A DNA stretch of 64,000 nucleotides from Alistipes sp. (GTDB lineage Bacteria; Bacteroidota; Bacteroidia; Bacteroidales; Rikenellaceae), in the NCBI GenBank assembly GCA_017483225.1, contig JAFULF010000008.1, positions 50,927-114,926 of the forward strand, given 5' to 3'. The translations under genes and the position numbers were made by a program. The number at the start of each line of letters is the position of its first letter. Positions within the stretch are counted from its first letter, which is position 1. This document shows positions 37,055 through 46,047 of the stretch, piece after piece. The notes beneath the pieces were generated by a model. It was not told where the DNA came from. It worked only from the letters and a program-made list of their open reading frames with translations, and searched no databases.

Positions 37055-37391
37055 TTTCGATGGTTTTGTAGTCGTGAATCTCCTTTGTGGAGTATATTAG
37101 AGCAACCTCTATGGCTGCGCCCTTGCCTGCCTCGGCAAGTATTGTGCGGTTCAGGCGATACGCCTCCCTCATACGGCGGCGCAGCAGGTTGCGGCGGTTT
37201 GCTCGTTTGTGGAACTTCTTGGGTGTGGAGAAGAGTATTGCGACATCGGTCTGCTCCGCCGGCTCGGCATAGACTATATAGCGGAAGGGGTAGATAAAGC
37301 CGCCACGACCCTCCTTGAAGAGGCGTCGTATGGCACCAAAAGAGGATAGACGCTCTGACTTTGGTAAACTATATCCATTCTCCGTAATCAT
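37011..37391 (-). CDS. rnpA: ribonuclease P protein component
   Basis: 126 aa, basic, with the RNR-like motif [22 protein letters not shown]. It sits immediately upstream of yidD, as is usual. Confidence 0.85.
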   Translation of the reverse strand: MITENGYSLPKSERLSSFGAIRRLFKEGRGGFIYPFRYIVYAEPAEQTDVAILFSTPKKFHKRANRRNLLRRRMREAYRLNRTILAEAGKGAAIEVALIYSTKEIHDYKTIENGVKRVLQNIAGNL

Positions 37392-37406
37392 ACCGTGCGG
37401 ATTTGC

Positions 37407-38258
37407 CTACTTCTTGCGAGAGCGGCTCTTCTTGGCGAGTTTTGTCTGCTGTGTGCGGAGGAACTCCTCCTTCTGCTCATTCTCTGCAAACTCCACATTC
37501 TCAACCTCCTTGCCACTGCGAACCGTGGTGATATAGATATCCACCGCCTTGGCCAGCGATGGTGCTATGGCCGATGGTGCCGAGGCCTTCACGGCGATAT
37601 TCTTTTCGGTTGCAAGGCGCAGTGTGCCCTCGCCGAAGGTGGCGATTGTAGGCATCTGCTCCGGTGTGAGTTTTTCGTCTACGGTCTTAACATCCCACGG
37701 AGAGTAGAGAAGCAGCATATCGTACTGCGTCAACTCCTCGACAGGGATGTCGCTGGCTACCGTGCGGGCAAGGATTACCGGCGTGTAGTTGATTTTCAGA
37801 CGTGTCAGGGCATCCGGAATCTCCGGCTTGTGTGGCTCGCTGAGGGCGAGCAACATCTTCTCGTCCTTATGCTTCACAATCTGCTCCACAATACCAGTGA
37901 ATGAGCCGTCGGCAAACGAAATCTTACGCTTACGATAGACGATATACTTCTGCAAGTAGAGGGCGATAGCTTCGGTCGAGCAGATATACTTCATCGTCTC
38001 GGGTACGGTGATACGTGCATCTTCGCAGATACGGAAGAAACTGTCGATTGTTGTGCGAGATGTGAATATTACTGCCGTATGCGCCAAAATCTCGACTCTC
38101 TGTGCACGGAACTCCTTTGGAGTGACCCCTTTTACCTCGATGAGCGGGCGGTAATCCACCTCGATTTTGTGTTTTTGAGCCAATTCGTAGAACGGCGACT
38201 TCTCAATAATTGCTGGTTTCGGTTGCGAAACCAAGATTCTTTTAATCAATTCTGCCAT
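37407..38258 (-). CDS. uroporphyrinogen-III synthase-like (HemD family) protein with Lys-rich tail
   Basis: ILVSQPKP...FTSRTTIDSFF pattern. I remember this family sitting next to rnpA and a DUF4271 gene in Bacteroidales. Confidence 0.6.
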   Translation of the reverse strand: MAELIKRILVSQPKPAIIEKSPFYELAQKHKIEVDYRPLIEVKGVTPKEFRAQRVEILAHTAVIFTSRTTIDSFFRICEDARITVPETMKYICSTEAIALYLQKYIVYRKRKISFADGSFTGIVEQIVKHKDEKMLLALSEPHKPEIPDALTRLKINYTPVILARTVASDIPVEELTQYDMLLLYSPWDVKTVDEKLTPEQMPTIATFGEGTLRLATEKNIAVKASAPSAIAPSLAKAVDIYITTVRSGKEVENVEFAENEQKEEFLRTQQTKLAKKSRSRKK

Positions 38259-38276
38259 AAATATTATCCACTTACC

Positions 38277-39041
38277 CTATCCACGCAATAGTGGAACAAG
38301 CATCAGAGATGCAGGGAAAATTTCCAGGGCGCAAAGATACAAAATCCAATGCAAAATTGAAATTTTTTCTGAAACAAAGAGTAAAAAAGTCTCTTTAACA
38401 AAGATAATTAGCAAAATCAGACACTCTATTGCCACAATCAGAGAGGCGGTGTGGGCAAGTGTGTCGGGCGAGAGTAAAAACACGAGTCCGAAGGGGAGTA
38501 TTGCCGCCATTCCGACCGAGGTATGCATCAATTTTTTATGCATAAGTCGCTTACAGAATCGCCCTTTCTCGCTGACAAAGCCTATAAGAAAGAGGGCGAG
38601 AGCCTCGCCTAAAAATATAAGTACAAGGGCCAGAAGTACCCGACCGCCGATGCTCCATACGGCACTTCCTGCCTCTATGCCCTCGAAGAGCTCCGGCATA
38701 TAGAGGGTTGCACCCCGCACCACGGCCAGAGGGAGGAAGAGTGCGGCGGCCACCATCATTATTATCTCGATATTGGTCTGCTCGCCGGGGTTGATATGCA
38801 CGACGGCACGTGAGGAGAGCTTTACGCCGGCGGCGGAGAGCAGGTAGCTCGCCATAAAGCGTACATATTTGGCAGTGCATATCAGGAAGATGACCGCCAC
38901 ACATAGTGCTATGCCCTGATACCACCCTCCGAGGATGGCACGCTCGTATGCTTCGGGGGTGAGCTCCTCGACCGCCGGCACACTCCGGCTACCGAATATC
39001 TCGGCTGCGCTCACGCTGTTATATTGTGGCAGGCTCTCCAT
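38277..39041 (-). CDS. DUF4271-like integral membrane protein
   Basis: 254 aa with about 6 hydrophobic spans. Position downstream of the kinase and upstream of the hemD-like gene matches my memory of DUF4271 neighbourhoods. Its start codon overlaps the kinase stop (TAATG). Confidence 0.5.
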   Translation of the reverse strand: MESLPQYNSVSAAEIFGSRSVPAVEELTPEAYERAILGGWYQGIALCVAVIFLICTAKYVRFMASYLLSAAGVKLSSRAVVHINPGEQTNIEIIMMVAAALFLPLAVVRGATLYMPELFEGIEAGSAVWSIGGRVLLALVLIFLGEALALFLIGFVSEKGRFCKRLMHKKLMHTSVGMAAILPFGLVFLLSPDTLAHTASLIVAIECLILLIIFVKETFLLFVSEKISILHWILYLCALEIFPASLMLVPLLRG

Positions 39042-40231
39042 TATGCATAGGCACGTTTGATGGTTACACGTATGGTTGTACCCTTGCCGATAACAGACTC
39101 GGTGACAGCGATTTTTCCGTGATGATACTCCTCAATTATGCGGCGTGAGAGCGACAGGCCCAGACCCCAGCCTCGGGTCTTGGTCGTGAAGCCTGGCTGG
39201 AAAATCTTCTTCCAGTTTGACTTGGCGATGCCCTTGCCCGTGTCGGTGACATCTATCCAGATGTGGTGCTCGTCGGAGCCGATATGTACCTTTATGGAGC
39301 CATAACCCTGCAAGGCATCGAGCGAGTTCTTCATCAGGTTCTCGATGACCCACTCAAACAGGGCGGTGTTGATATATGCCTGCACGGGGTCTATCGCCAG
39401 ACCGTTGTATTCGAGGGTCACGTTGCGAGGTATGCGCTTGCGGAAGTACATCACCGAGCCCCCCACGACCTCATTCACGTTGGCTATCGAGAGCGGGGTG
39501 TCGGAGCCGATTTTCGAGAAGCGGTCCACAATCTTGCGCAGGTGTGCCAAATCCTTCTCCATCTCATCCACGGCCATAGGGTCCACATCCTGCGAGCGCA
39601 GGTATTCAATCCATCCCAGCAGCGACGAGGTAGGTGTGCCGAGCTGGTGTGCCGTCTCCTTCGCCAGGCCTATCCATACACGGTTCTGCTCATCCTGCTT
39701 CGAGGAGCGGAAGGCGACAAAGAGCAGCAGCACGAAGGCGATGATAACCGCCATCTGGATATATGGGAAGAGGTAGAGCGTCATCAGCGTCGAGGACTGC
39801 CCGTAGAAGATGATGTGGTTATGCTCGTTTGTCCACCAGAAGTGCACCACGATAGGGGTGTTGTCTGCCGACATCTTATCCAGCGTGCGACGCAACAGTT
39901 CGGGGTTGTGGATAACCTTGTCGGGGATGAGGTGGTACGACACGACACGCAGTGTCTCGTCGGTGATTATGAAGGGGATGTTGTTGCGGTTGTTGATGAT
40001 GGAGGCGACGAGCGGGTCGCTCATATAGTCCCCCATAGCATCACGGTTGATGCGCTCCATCGCCGCCGCCCACAGCTCCACGTCGTGACGCTCCTTCTCC
40101 CGCAGCGAGTTGGCCATCTTGTTGGTAATGTACAGCGAAGCAGAGACCAGCACAATACCCAAAATCATAAGTATCGTGCGGACGTTGCCGCTCAGCCTCT
40201 TTCTTACGCCTCTGCCAACCCTCTTAAACAT
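39041..40231 (-). CDS. sensor histidine kinase (orphan, two N-terminal TM segments)
   Basis: H-box ETAHQLGTPTSSL, N-box NLMKNSLDAL, G-boxes DTGKGI and GWGLGLSLS. There is no response regulator in the window. Confidence 0.85.
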   Translation of the reverse strand: MFKRVGRGVRKRLSGNVRTILMILGIVLVSASLYITNKMANSLREKERHDVELWAAAMERINRDAMGDYMSDPLVASIINNRNNIPFIITDETLRVVSYHLIPDKVIHNPELLRRTLDKMSADNTPIVVHFWWTNEHNHIIFYGQSSTLMTLYLFPYIQMAVIIAFVLLLFVAFRSSKQDEQNRVWIGLAKETAHQLGTPTSSLLGWIEYLRSQDVDPMAVDEMEKDLAHLRKIVDRFSKIGSDTPLSIANVNEVVGGSVMYFRKRIPRNVTLEYNGLAIDPVQAYINTALFEWVIENLMKNSLDALQGYGSIKVHIGSDEHHIWIDVTDTGKGIAKSNWKKIFQPGFTTKTRGWGLGLSLSRRIIEEYHHGKIAVTESVIGKGTTIRVTIKRAYA

Positions 40232-40243
40232 CGTTCACCTCCT

Positions 40244-41905
40244 CTATTTGCGTTGGGTGTCCTGCTCCCGCAGGATGCGCTCGTACTCAACCTTGTTGTC
40301 GAGCAACTTTATCGCCTGCTGAATCTCTCGGTCGTTGTCGAGCGAGTTCTCAATCATACCCTCCGAGTATGCAAATCGCAGCACGATATCGGCATTTATG
40401 GCATCCGTAATCTCCTTGCGGAAGGTCTCCAAGTTGCTCGCCTTGTCATCTTTCAGGCGCTGCTCGATAGATTTCAGAGCCTCCGCCATACCCTCGTCGT
40501 AACGCTCGCTTTTGAGGGCACTGCGCAGACGCTCCAACGCCTTGCGGGACTCCGATTGGTATGGGATGTTACGCTCGGCGACCATTTGTTTGAAGTCCTC
40601 GTAGTCGGCATCCGATATGCAGAACGTGCGTGGCGAGATGGTCTGCGTGTGGTGACGCTTGAAGTAGTCGTCGCCAAAGTCGTCGATAACCCCCAGCAGG
40701 TATAGTGTCGCAGCAAAGCTGCTGACATATTTCGGCTTCAACTTGACATCGGGCATTATGCCTCCGCCGTCGTACACCTTACGCCCCGCAACGGTGCGAA
40801 ATTCGCCCACCAGCGAGTCGGGCATAGACTCCGCACGCCCATCCGATGAGTAGCGTACCGCCTGAATACAACGTCCCGACGGGATGTAATACTTCGCCGT
40901 GGTCATCTTGACGTAGCTGTTGTAGCCCAGCGCACGGGTCGATTGCACGAGACCCTTGCCGAAACTGCGCTGACCGAGCAGCACCGCACGGTCATTATCC
41001 TGCAAGGCTCCTGCGACAATCTCTGCCGCCGAGGCGGAGTTGCCGTTTATGAGCACCGTCAGTGGTGTGTTTGGCAGCAGAGGCTCATATTCGGTGCGGT
41101 AGAGGTCGCTCTCACGGCTTGTGCGCCCCTTGGTCTCTACGACGAGGCTGCCCTTGGGCAGGAAAAGCGAGAGTACCTTCACGGCAGACTGCATCACGCC
41201 ACCGCCATTGTTGCGGTAGTCGAGAATCAGGCTTTTGAGTTCGCCCTGCTTTTGCAGGCGCTCGATGGCTGCACGCATCTCCTCGTAACACCCCTCGGTA
41301 AAGTCGGCGTGGCGGATGTATCCCACACCCTCGGCCACGTAGCCGGCGTAGGAGATGCTCGGTATGGAGATACGCTCACGGCGCAACTTCTTCTCCGACA
41401 CCTCGCCCGACACCAGACTCTGAATCGTCAGGCGTACCGTCGTATTGGGCTCGCCACGCAGGCGGGAGCTGACATCCTCGACCGTGAACCCCTCGGCATT
41501 CTCGCCATCTATGGAGAGAATCTTATCGCCAATTTGCAGTCCGGCACGGTCGGCCGGCGACCCCTTGTATGGCTCGGCAATGCGCACATAGTTGCTATCC
41601 TGCCGTATGAGGGAGCCGATGCCGCCATATTTGCCGGTGGTCATCGTCGCAAAATCCTTCATCTCCTCCTCAGGCAGGTAGGTGGTGTATGGGTCCAACG
41701 TCTGGGTTATACCCTTGGCGGCACTCTTCATCATCTCGTCGGGCGAGACCTCATCGACATATCCTACCGACAGTTCCCGCATAAGATTGACGACAATCTC
41801 CATATTGCGCCCAAGGCCGAAGTCGTTGCGTGTGGCAAAGATACCGGTGGCAAAGAGGGCAACAAGGAAGAGCCCGATGAGGGAGTATTTTACAGACCTA
41901 TTCAT
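40244..41905 (-). CDS. S41-family carboxyl-terminal processing peptidase
   Basis: PDZ region (GSPADRAGLQIGDKILSIDG) and the S41 catalytic block LINGNSASAAEIVAGALQD...GQRSFGKGLVQ. Confidence 0.88.
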   Translation of the reverse strand: MNRSVKYSLIGLFLVALFATGIFATRNDFGLGRNMEIVVNLMRELSVGYVDEVSPDEMMKSAAKGITQTLDPYTTYLPEEEMKDFATMTTGKYGGIGSLIRQDSNYVRIAEPYKGSPADRAGLQIGDKILSIDGENAEGFTVEDVSSRLRGEPNTTVRLTIQSLVSGEVSEKKLRRERISIPSISYAGYVAEGVGYIRHADFTEGCYEEMRAAIERLQKQGELKSLILDYRNNGGGVMQSAVKVLSLFLPKGSLVVETKGRTSRESDLYRTEYEPLLPNTPLTVLINGNSASAAEIVAGALQDNDRAVLLGQRSFGKGLVQSTRALGYNSYVKMTTAKYYIPSGRCIQAVRYSSDGRAESMPDSLVGEFRTVAGRKVYDGGGIMPDVKLKPKYVSSFAATLYLLGVIDDFGDDYFKRHHTQTISPRTFCISDADYEDFKQMVAERNIPYQSESRKALERLRSALKSERYDEGMAEALKSIEQRLKDDKASNLETFRKEITDAINADIVLRFAYSEGMIENSLDNDREIQQAIKLLDNKVEYERILREQDTQRK

Positions 41906-42374
41906 TTGTATATGCGCTATTTACAATGTATCCGTCGAGGCGTATCGAGGTGCGTACCACGGCACGGCGCAGTCCCGACAACTCGATTTTATCTCCCGCC
42001 TGACAAACCTTTATCTCATCCTCGAAGAGGGTTGTTATGCGCTGCAAGAGGTTGGCACGGAAGTAGAGCACTCCGTCGCACTCCCGCACCAGCGAGTAGC
42101 CCATCATCTCCATCGCTGCCAACACCTGTTGGCGGTTGCGCACGACATCTCCATCGACATATCGGCGTATAAATCCGAAGAACGGATAGGTCGCCGAGAG
42201 CAATACCACGGCAGCAACCATAGCCCAGCCGTTCCACGTGCTGAAATAGAGGCTGATGACCTCCGAGGTGGAGAGCATACCGCTGCCGGAGGTCGAGATG
42301 TTCAACCACACCAGCGCACCACATAAAACGCACAGCGCAACAAAATATTTCAAACTCTTTACCAGATAACGCAT
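41898..42374 (-). CDS. hypothetical membrane protein
   Basis: 158 aa with two N-terminal hydrophobic spans. It is co-directional and overlaps the peptidase start by 8 nt. I recognise no family. Confidence 0.5.
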   Translation of the reverse strand: MRYLVKSLKYFVALCVLCGALVWLNISTSGSGMLSTSEVISLYFSTWNGWAMVAAVVLLSATYPFFGFIRRYVDGDVVRNRQQVLAAMEMMGYSLVRECDGVLYFRANLLQRITTLFEDEIKVCQAGDKIELSGLRRAVVRTSIRLDGYIVNSAYTNE

Positions 42375-42389
42375 AATTATGATATGTTT

Positions 42390-43247
42390 TTATAGTTTCT
42401 CGATTTTTTCTGCCACACGGCGCATCAGCCACTCCGGCGTTGAGGTCGCACCGCATACGCCGACACTCTGCACCCCCTCAAACCACTCGGCGAGCAACTC
42501 CCCCTCCTCCTCGATGTTGTACGAGCGAGGGTTTTCCTCACGGCAGATGTTGTAGAGCACCTTGCCGTTGCTCGACTTGCGCCCACATACAAAGACCACT
42601 ACGTCGAATCCTCGCGAGAACTCCCGCAGGTGCTCCTCTCGGGAGGATACCCGACGGCAAATCGTATCGTCCACGGTCAGCATCTGCTCGCTCGGCAGTC
42701 GGCGGCGCATCTGCTCGCACAGCGACTCGAACAGGGCGATGCTCTGCGTCGTCTGCGATAGGAAGTATATCGGGTGCGAGAAGTCCACACGAGCCAAGTC
42801 TGCCTCGCTCTCGATGACCACCGCATCGCCATCCACCTGACCCGTCAGCCCGACAACCTCAGCGTGTCCCTGCTTGCCGAGGATTACCACCGTGCCGCCA
42901 CATTGGCTCATCTGCTCGTGCGCACGCTTCACACGCTTCTGCAACGCCGCCACCACGGGGCAGGTCGCATCTATAATCTCCACGCCGTGCTGCTGCGCCA
43001 GAGCGTATGTTGTCGGAGGCTCGCCGTGCGCCCGCACGACCATCTTCGCCCCTTGAAGTGCCGGTATCTCGGCGTGTGTCACCGTGCGCAGACCGAGCCC
43101 CTCCAAGCGTTGCACCTCCATACGGTTGTGTACGATGTCGCCCAGTGAGCAGACCTGACCCCCTTGCGAGAGGGCCTGCTCCGCCTCGGATATCGCACGC
43201 ACAACGCCGAAGCAGAATCCCGATTTATCGTCGATGACAACCCTCAT
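42390..43247 (-). CDS. ispH: 4-hydroxy-3-methylbut-2-enyl diphosphate reductase
   Basis: GFCFGV, IVHN, RAHGE, ATCP and SSN blocks are characteristic of IspH/LytB. Confidence 0.92.
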   Translation of the reverse strand: MRVVIDDKSGFCFGVVRAISEAEQALSQGGQVCSLGDIVHNRMEVQRLEGLGLRTVTHAEIPALQGAKMVVRAHGEPPTTYALAQQHGVEIIDATCPVVAALQKRVKRAHEQMSQCGGTVVILGKQGHAEVVGLTGQVDGDAVVIESEADLARVDFSHPIYFLSQTTQSIALFESLCEQMRRRLPSEQMLTVDDTICRRVSSREEHLREFSRGFDVVVFVCGRKSSNGKVLYNICREENPRSYNIEEEGELLAEWFEGVQSVGVCGATSTPEWLMRRVAEKIEKL

Positions 43248-43259
43248 CTCTGCCCGTCT

Positions 43260-43979
43260 TTATGCCTGCAAGCTACGCTGCACACGCTCGAACTCACGCT
43301 CGAACCACTCCATCTGCTCCTCGACGCTCATATGGCTGTTGTCCAGCACTATGGCATCCTCGGCCTGACGCAGTGGCGATATTGCACGGCTCATATCCGC
43401 CTTGTCACGTGATACGACATTCTCCAACACCTCGTCGAACGATACGCTCTCGCCCTTGGCCTGCAACTCGGCATATCGGCGCTCGGCACGCACACGTGCA
43501 TCCGCCGTCATATATATTTTGAGCTCGGCATCCGGAAATACCACGGTGCCTATATCTCGGCCATCCATCACCACGCCACGACGTGCGCCCATCTCCTGCT
43601 GCATAGCCACCAGCTTCTCACGCACCTCCCGAATCGAACTTACCGGGCTGACGAAGTTGCTGACCTCGATGGTGCGAATCTTGCCCTCCACAAGGTCACC
43701 ATTGACGTATATGTCGCTCGCCCCACGGCGTGGGTTGAAGCGGAATGTGATGGTTATCTCGTCGAGTTGGCGGACAATAACCTCCTCATCGACGATGCCG
43801 TTGCGGATGCCCTCGTTCTCCAACGCATAGAGCGTCACGGCACGATACATCGCTCCGGTGTCGATAAATATATATCCGAGTTTCGCCGCAATGGACTTTG
43901 CGAAGGTGCTCTTGCCGCACGACGAGAAGCCGTCGATGGCAATAACTATCTTTTTCGGTGTTGTTGAGGTGTTATTCAT
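43260..43979 (-). CDS. cmk: (d)CMP kinase
   Basis: P-loop IAIDGFSSCGKST, DTGAMYR, and VMDGRDIGTVVFPDAELKIYMTA. Confidence 0.9.
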   Translation of the reverse strand: MNNTSTTPKKIVIAIDGFSSCGKSTFAKSIAAKLGYIFIDTGAMYRAVTLYALENEGIRNGIVDEEVIVRQLDEITITFRFNPRRGASDIYVNGDLVEGKIRTIEVSNFVSPVSSIREVREKLVAMQQEMGARRGVVMDGRDIGTVVFPDAELKIYMTADARVRAERRYAELQAKGESVSFDEVLENVVSRDKADMSRAISPLRQAEDAIVLDNSHMSVEEQMEWFEREFERVQRSLQA

Positions 43980-43986
43980 AACAGGG

Positions 43987-44652
43987 TTACATTACTTCGA
44001 CAAATGTTGATATGATTGTATATGCGCCGAGCAGGCCTATCACTATGCCGGCTATGCGGTTGATTGTCAGCATATGGCGTGGACGGAAGCGCAGGCGGAA
44101 GAGGTTTATCAGTGCCGTGAGGGCAAACCACCAGAGCACCGCTCCGCAGAGGAAGCCGGCGATGATTGCCACACTGCTGAGCAGCGACACGGAGGAGTTC
44201 GCCTCCTCGCCTCCCGCCATACCGATACCGAACATAGCGAAGAATACGAGCAGGTATGGCACGATGACCACGAAGTTGGCTATCGTGAAGCCGAACATCG
44301 ACGAAAAGTCCTTCCACATCGAGAAGTTGCCCGCTCTGTTCTTGCGAATCTGCGGCACGGGGTTCTTGAAGAATATCGTGACACCGACCACCACTACCAA
44401 GATACCGCCCACGAGGGTCAGCATCTGGCTGTATCGTTCAATCTGTGATTGCAGAATGGCGTAGAAGAAGTAGGCGATGATTGCCATCAGCGTATCGGCA
44501 CACGCCACACCCAGTCCGGAGATGAATCCGGAGCGGCGGTTCTTGCTCAACGTGCGCTGTATGCACAGCACGGCAACCGGCCCCACGGTGATTGACGATG
44601 CCAACCCCACCATAACGCCACGTAGCAGCGAATCTATAATCGAAACAACCAT
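43987..44652 (-). CDS. LysE-family amino-acid exporter
   Basis: Start trimmed to MVVSIIDSLLRGVMVGLASSITVGPV. About 6 TM spans and a LysE/RhtB-like N-terminal motif. Confidence 0.65.
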   Translation of the reverse strand: MVVSIIDSLLRGVMVGLASSITVGPVAVLCIQRTLSKNRRSGFISGLGVACADTLMAIIAYFFYAILQSQIERYSQMLTLVGGILVVVVGVTIFFKNPVPQIRKNRAGNFSMWKDFSSMFGFTIANFVVIVPYLLVFFAMFGIGMAGGEEANSSVSLLSSVAIIAGFLCGAVLWWFALTALINLFRLRFRPRHMLTINRIAGIVIGLLGAYTIISTFVEVM

Positions 44653-44853
44653 AATTTTCTCTCTTTTTCTTTTGGAGCGCAATAGCGCAAACTCCTTGCA
44701 AAGATATAAAAATAGTTCTAATACTCTATGAATATGAGGGGAATCGGAGAGAAAAATCTACATTATATAATATTTGACTATCAAAAATCGTTTTGTGAAT
44801 AGGTTGTTAAGTTCTTTTTGATAACTGAGATAGCAACGTAAGAAAATATTTAT

Positions 44854-44861
44854 TAAATTTG
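44854..44861 (+). promoter_or_regulatory. candidate -7 box (TAAATTTG) upstream of the DUF3467 gene
   Basis: Exact TAnnTTTG match, 44 nt before the ATG at 44905. Confidence 0.35.
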
Positions 44862-44904
44862 TGCAAACGCAAGGGGGGGTACCTCTCTAACTAAGTAAAA
44901 AGCA

Positions 44905-45204
44905 ATGGCAGATATTAACAAGACGGGTCTGGATATCGAGTTGGATGCAGAGGTGGCACAGGGTCACTACTCCAACTTGGCAATCATTTCTCACTCCACA
45001 TCGGAGTTTATCATCGACTTCGCAACTATGTTGCCGGGCTTTCCGAAGCCGAAGGTGCGTAGCCGCATAGTTCTCACGCCGGAGCACGCCAAGCGTCTGT
45101 TGCTGTCGCTGCAAGACAATATCGCCAAGTATGAGAGCAATGTCGGGCAGATAAAGATTCAGCAGCAGCCACAAGCTCCGTATGGCTCCCACAATGCATC
45201 GTAG
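44905..45204 (+). CDS. DUF3467-family small protein
   Basis: LDIELDAEVAQGHYSNLAIISHSTSEFIIDFATMLPGFPKPKVRSRIVLTPEHAKRLL closely matches my memory of the conserved Bacteroidetes DUF3467 protein. Confidence 0.7.
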   Translation: MADINKTGLDIELDAEVAQGHYSNLAIISHSTSEFIIDFATMLPGFPKPKVRSRIVLTPEHAKRLLLSLQDNIAKYESNVGQIKIQQQPQAPYGSHNAS

Positions 45205-45258
45205 GGGCTTTCGTTTGCGCAACGGCAGGGACGCAGTGGTTTAAGGGCGCAAAAGATG

Positions 45259-45414
45259 GCGCAAGAGTTAAAAGGGTTATTAAGGGAGTTAAGGGATATT
45301 AAGGGTTGTTAATGTTGCGCCAAGAGGGTGCGGACTCTTACGACCTTACCACAAACCGCCTGAGTTCCCCTTAATCACCTTTAATAGCCTTTAACAACCT
45401 TTACAGTTGCGCAA
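45259..45414 (+). repeat. TTAAGGG/CCTTTAA periodic-array element, copy 2
   Basis: Aligns end to end with 14224-14377 (same GCGCAAGAG start, same core GCGGACTCTTACGACCTTACC.CAAACCGC, same TTGCGCAA end). Confidence 0.85.
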
Positions 45415-45430
45415 GAGCATTGTTTGCGCC

Positions 45431-45504
45431 CGACCTTACTCGACCTTAAAGCAACCATAGATTGCGTGACCTTACTTGACCTTTCATTGTGCCTCTGTTG
45501 CGCC
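45431..45504 (+). repeat. GACCTTA-rich module, copy 1 (relative at 56897-56959)
   Basis: CGACCTTACTCGACCTTAAAGCAACCATAGATTGCGTGACCTTACTTGACCTTTC...GTTGCGCC. Confidence 0.7.
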
Positions 45505-45568
45505 AAAGGTCATTAAGCCGACTTGTCGGCACTGTCATTAAATGTCATTCGATGTTGTTGCCTGCGCC

Positions 45569-45889
45569 TCATTGCGCCTCCTGCGTGGTTATCTCCAATT
45601 CGCCGCCCTCCTCAACCTCGAATGGGGCATTGATGGTTACGGACTTGGAGGCCGTCAGCACTAGCTTTGAGCCATCGACGACCGTGCAGTTATCGACCGT
45701 TATGTGCGGAGCCGTGAACTGCTGCTCACCCTCCACAACCATATCTTTCAAACTTCTCACATCGACACTCTCGGGGTTGCTGTCGTTGTTTGGTGCTCCG
45801 TTGAGCCCCTCGTTGGGGTCGTTGCCGTTACAGCCATATAATGCCACGACAGCAAGAGCCAATATTGCGAATACACTCTTCATAAACAT
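45569..45889 (-). CDS. small lipoprotein with a C-terminal module resembling a 3-coathanger-stack-type repeat
   Basis: Start trimmed to MFMKSVFAILALAVVALYGCNGND (lipobox). The C-terminus is LVLTASKSVTINAPFEVEEGGELEITTQ. Confidence 0.55.
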   Translation of the reverse strand: MFMKSVFAILALAVVALYGCNGNDPNEGLNGAPNNDSNPESVDVRSLKDMVVEGEQQFTAPHITVDNCTVVDGSKLVLTASKSVTINAPFEVEEGGELEITTQEAQ

Positions 45890-45900
45890 CTCCTCCCAAT

Positions 45901-45997
45901 TTGTTTGTATTGATATTTCTAACTCTGCTCCTTGTTCTACGGTGAAAGGTGCATTTATGGTTATAGAACTATGGGCGGTCAGAGTTAATGTACGCAC
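45901..45997 (-). pseudogene. in-frame remnant of a second copy of the C-terminal module, directly upstream of the small lipoprotein start
   Basis: Encodes (V)RTLTLTAHSSITINAPFTVEQGAELEISIQ, which parallels the lipoprotein's C-terminal 28 aa. It is AT-rich at the third position, unlike the GC-rich downstream copy. It has no signal peptide or convincing start of its own. Confidence 0.45.
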
Positions 45998-46047
45998 CGT
46001 GAGGAGGTTGCACGAGCACCTCCTAATAGAGCATCATTACCGTCGCC

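Noticed and set aside
39263-42172. Long + strand ORFs (480 aa at 39263-40705 and 409 aa at 40943-42172); similar shadows at 48956-50266, 34078-35172, 17733-18773, 22834-23799, 57806-58693, 60260-61306
   Set aside because: All are antisense to genes with strong family motifs (kinase, S41 peptidase, trxB/vWA, eno, recJ, metG, GH27, phosphoesterase). All show the same Arg/His/Leu-heavy junk composition.
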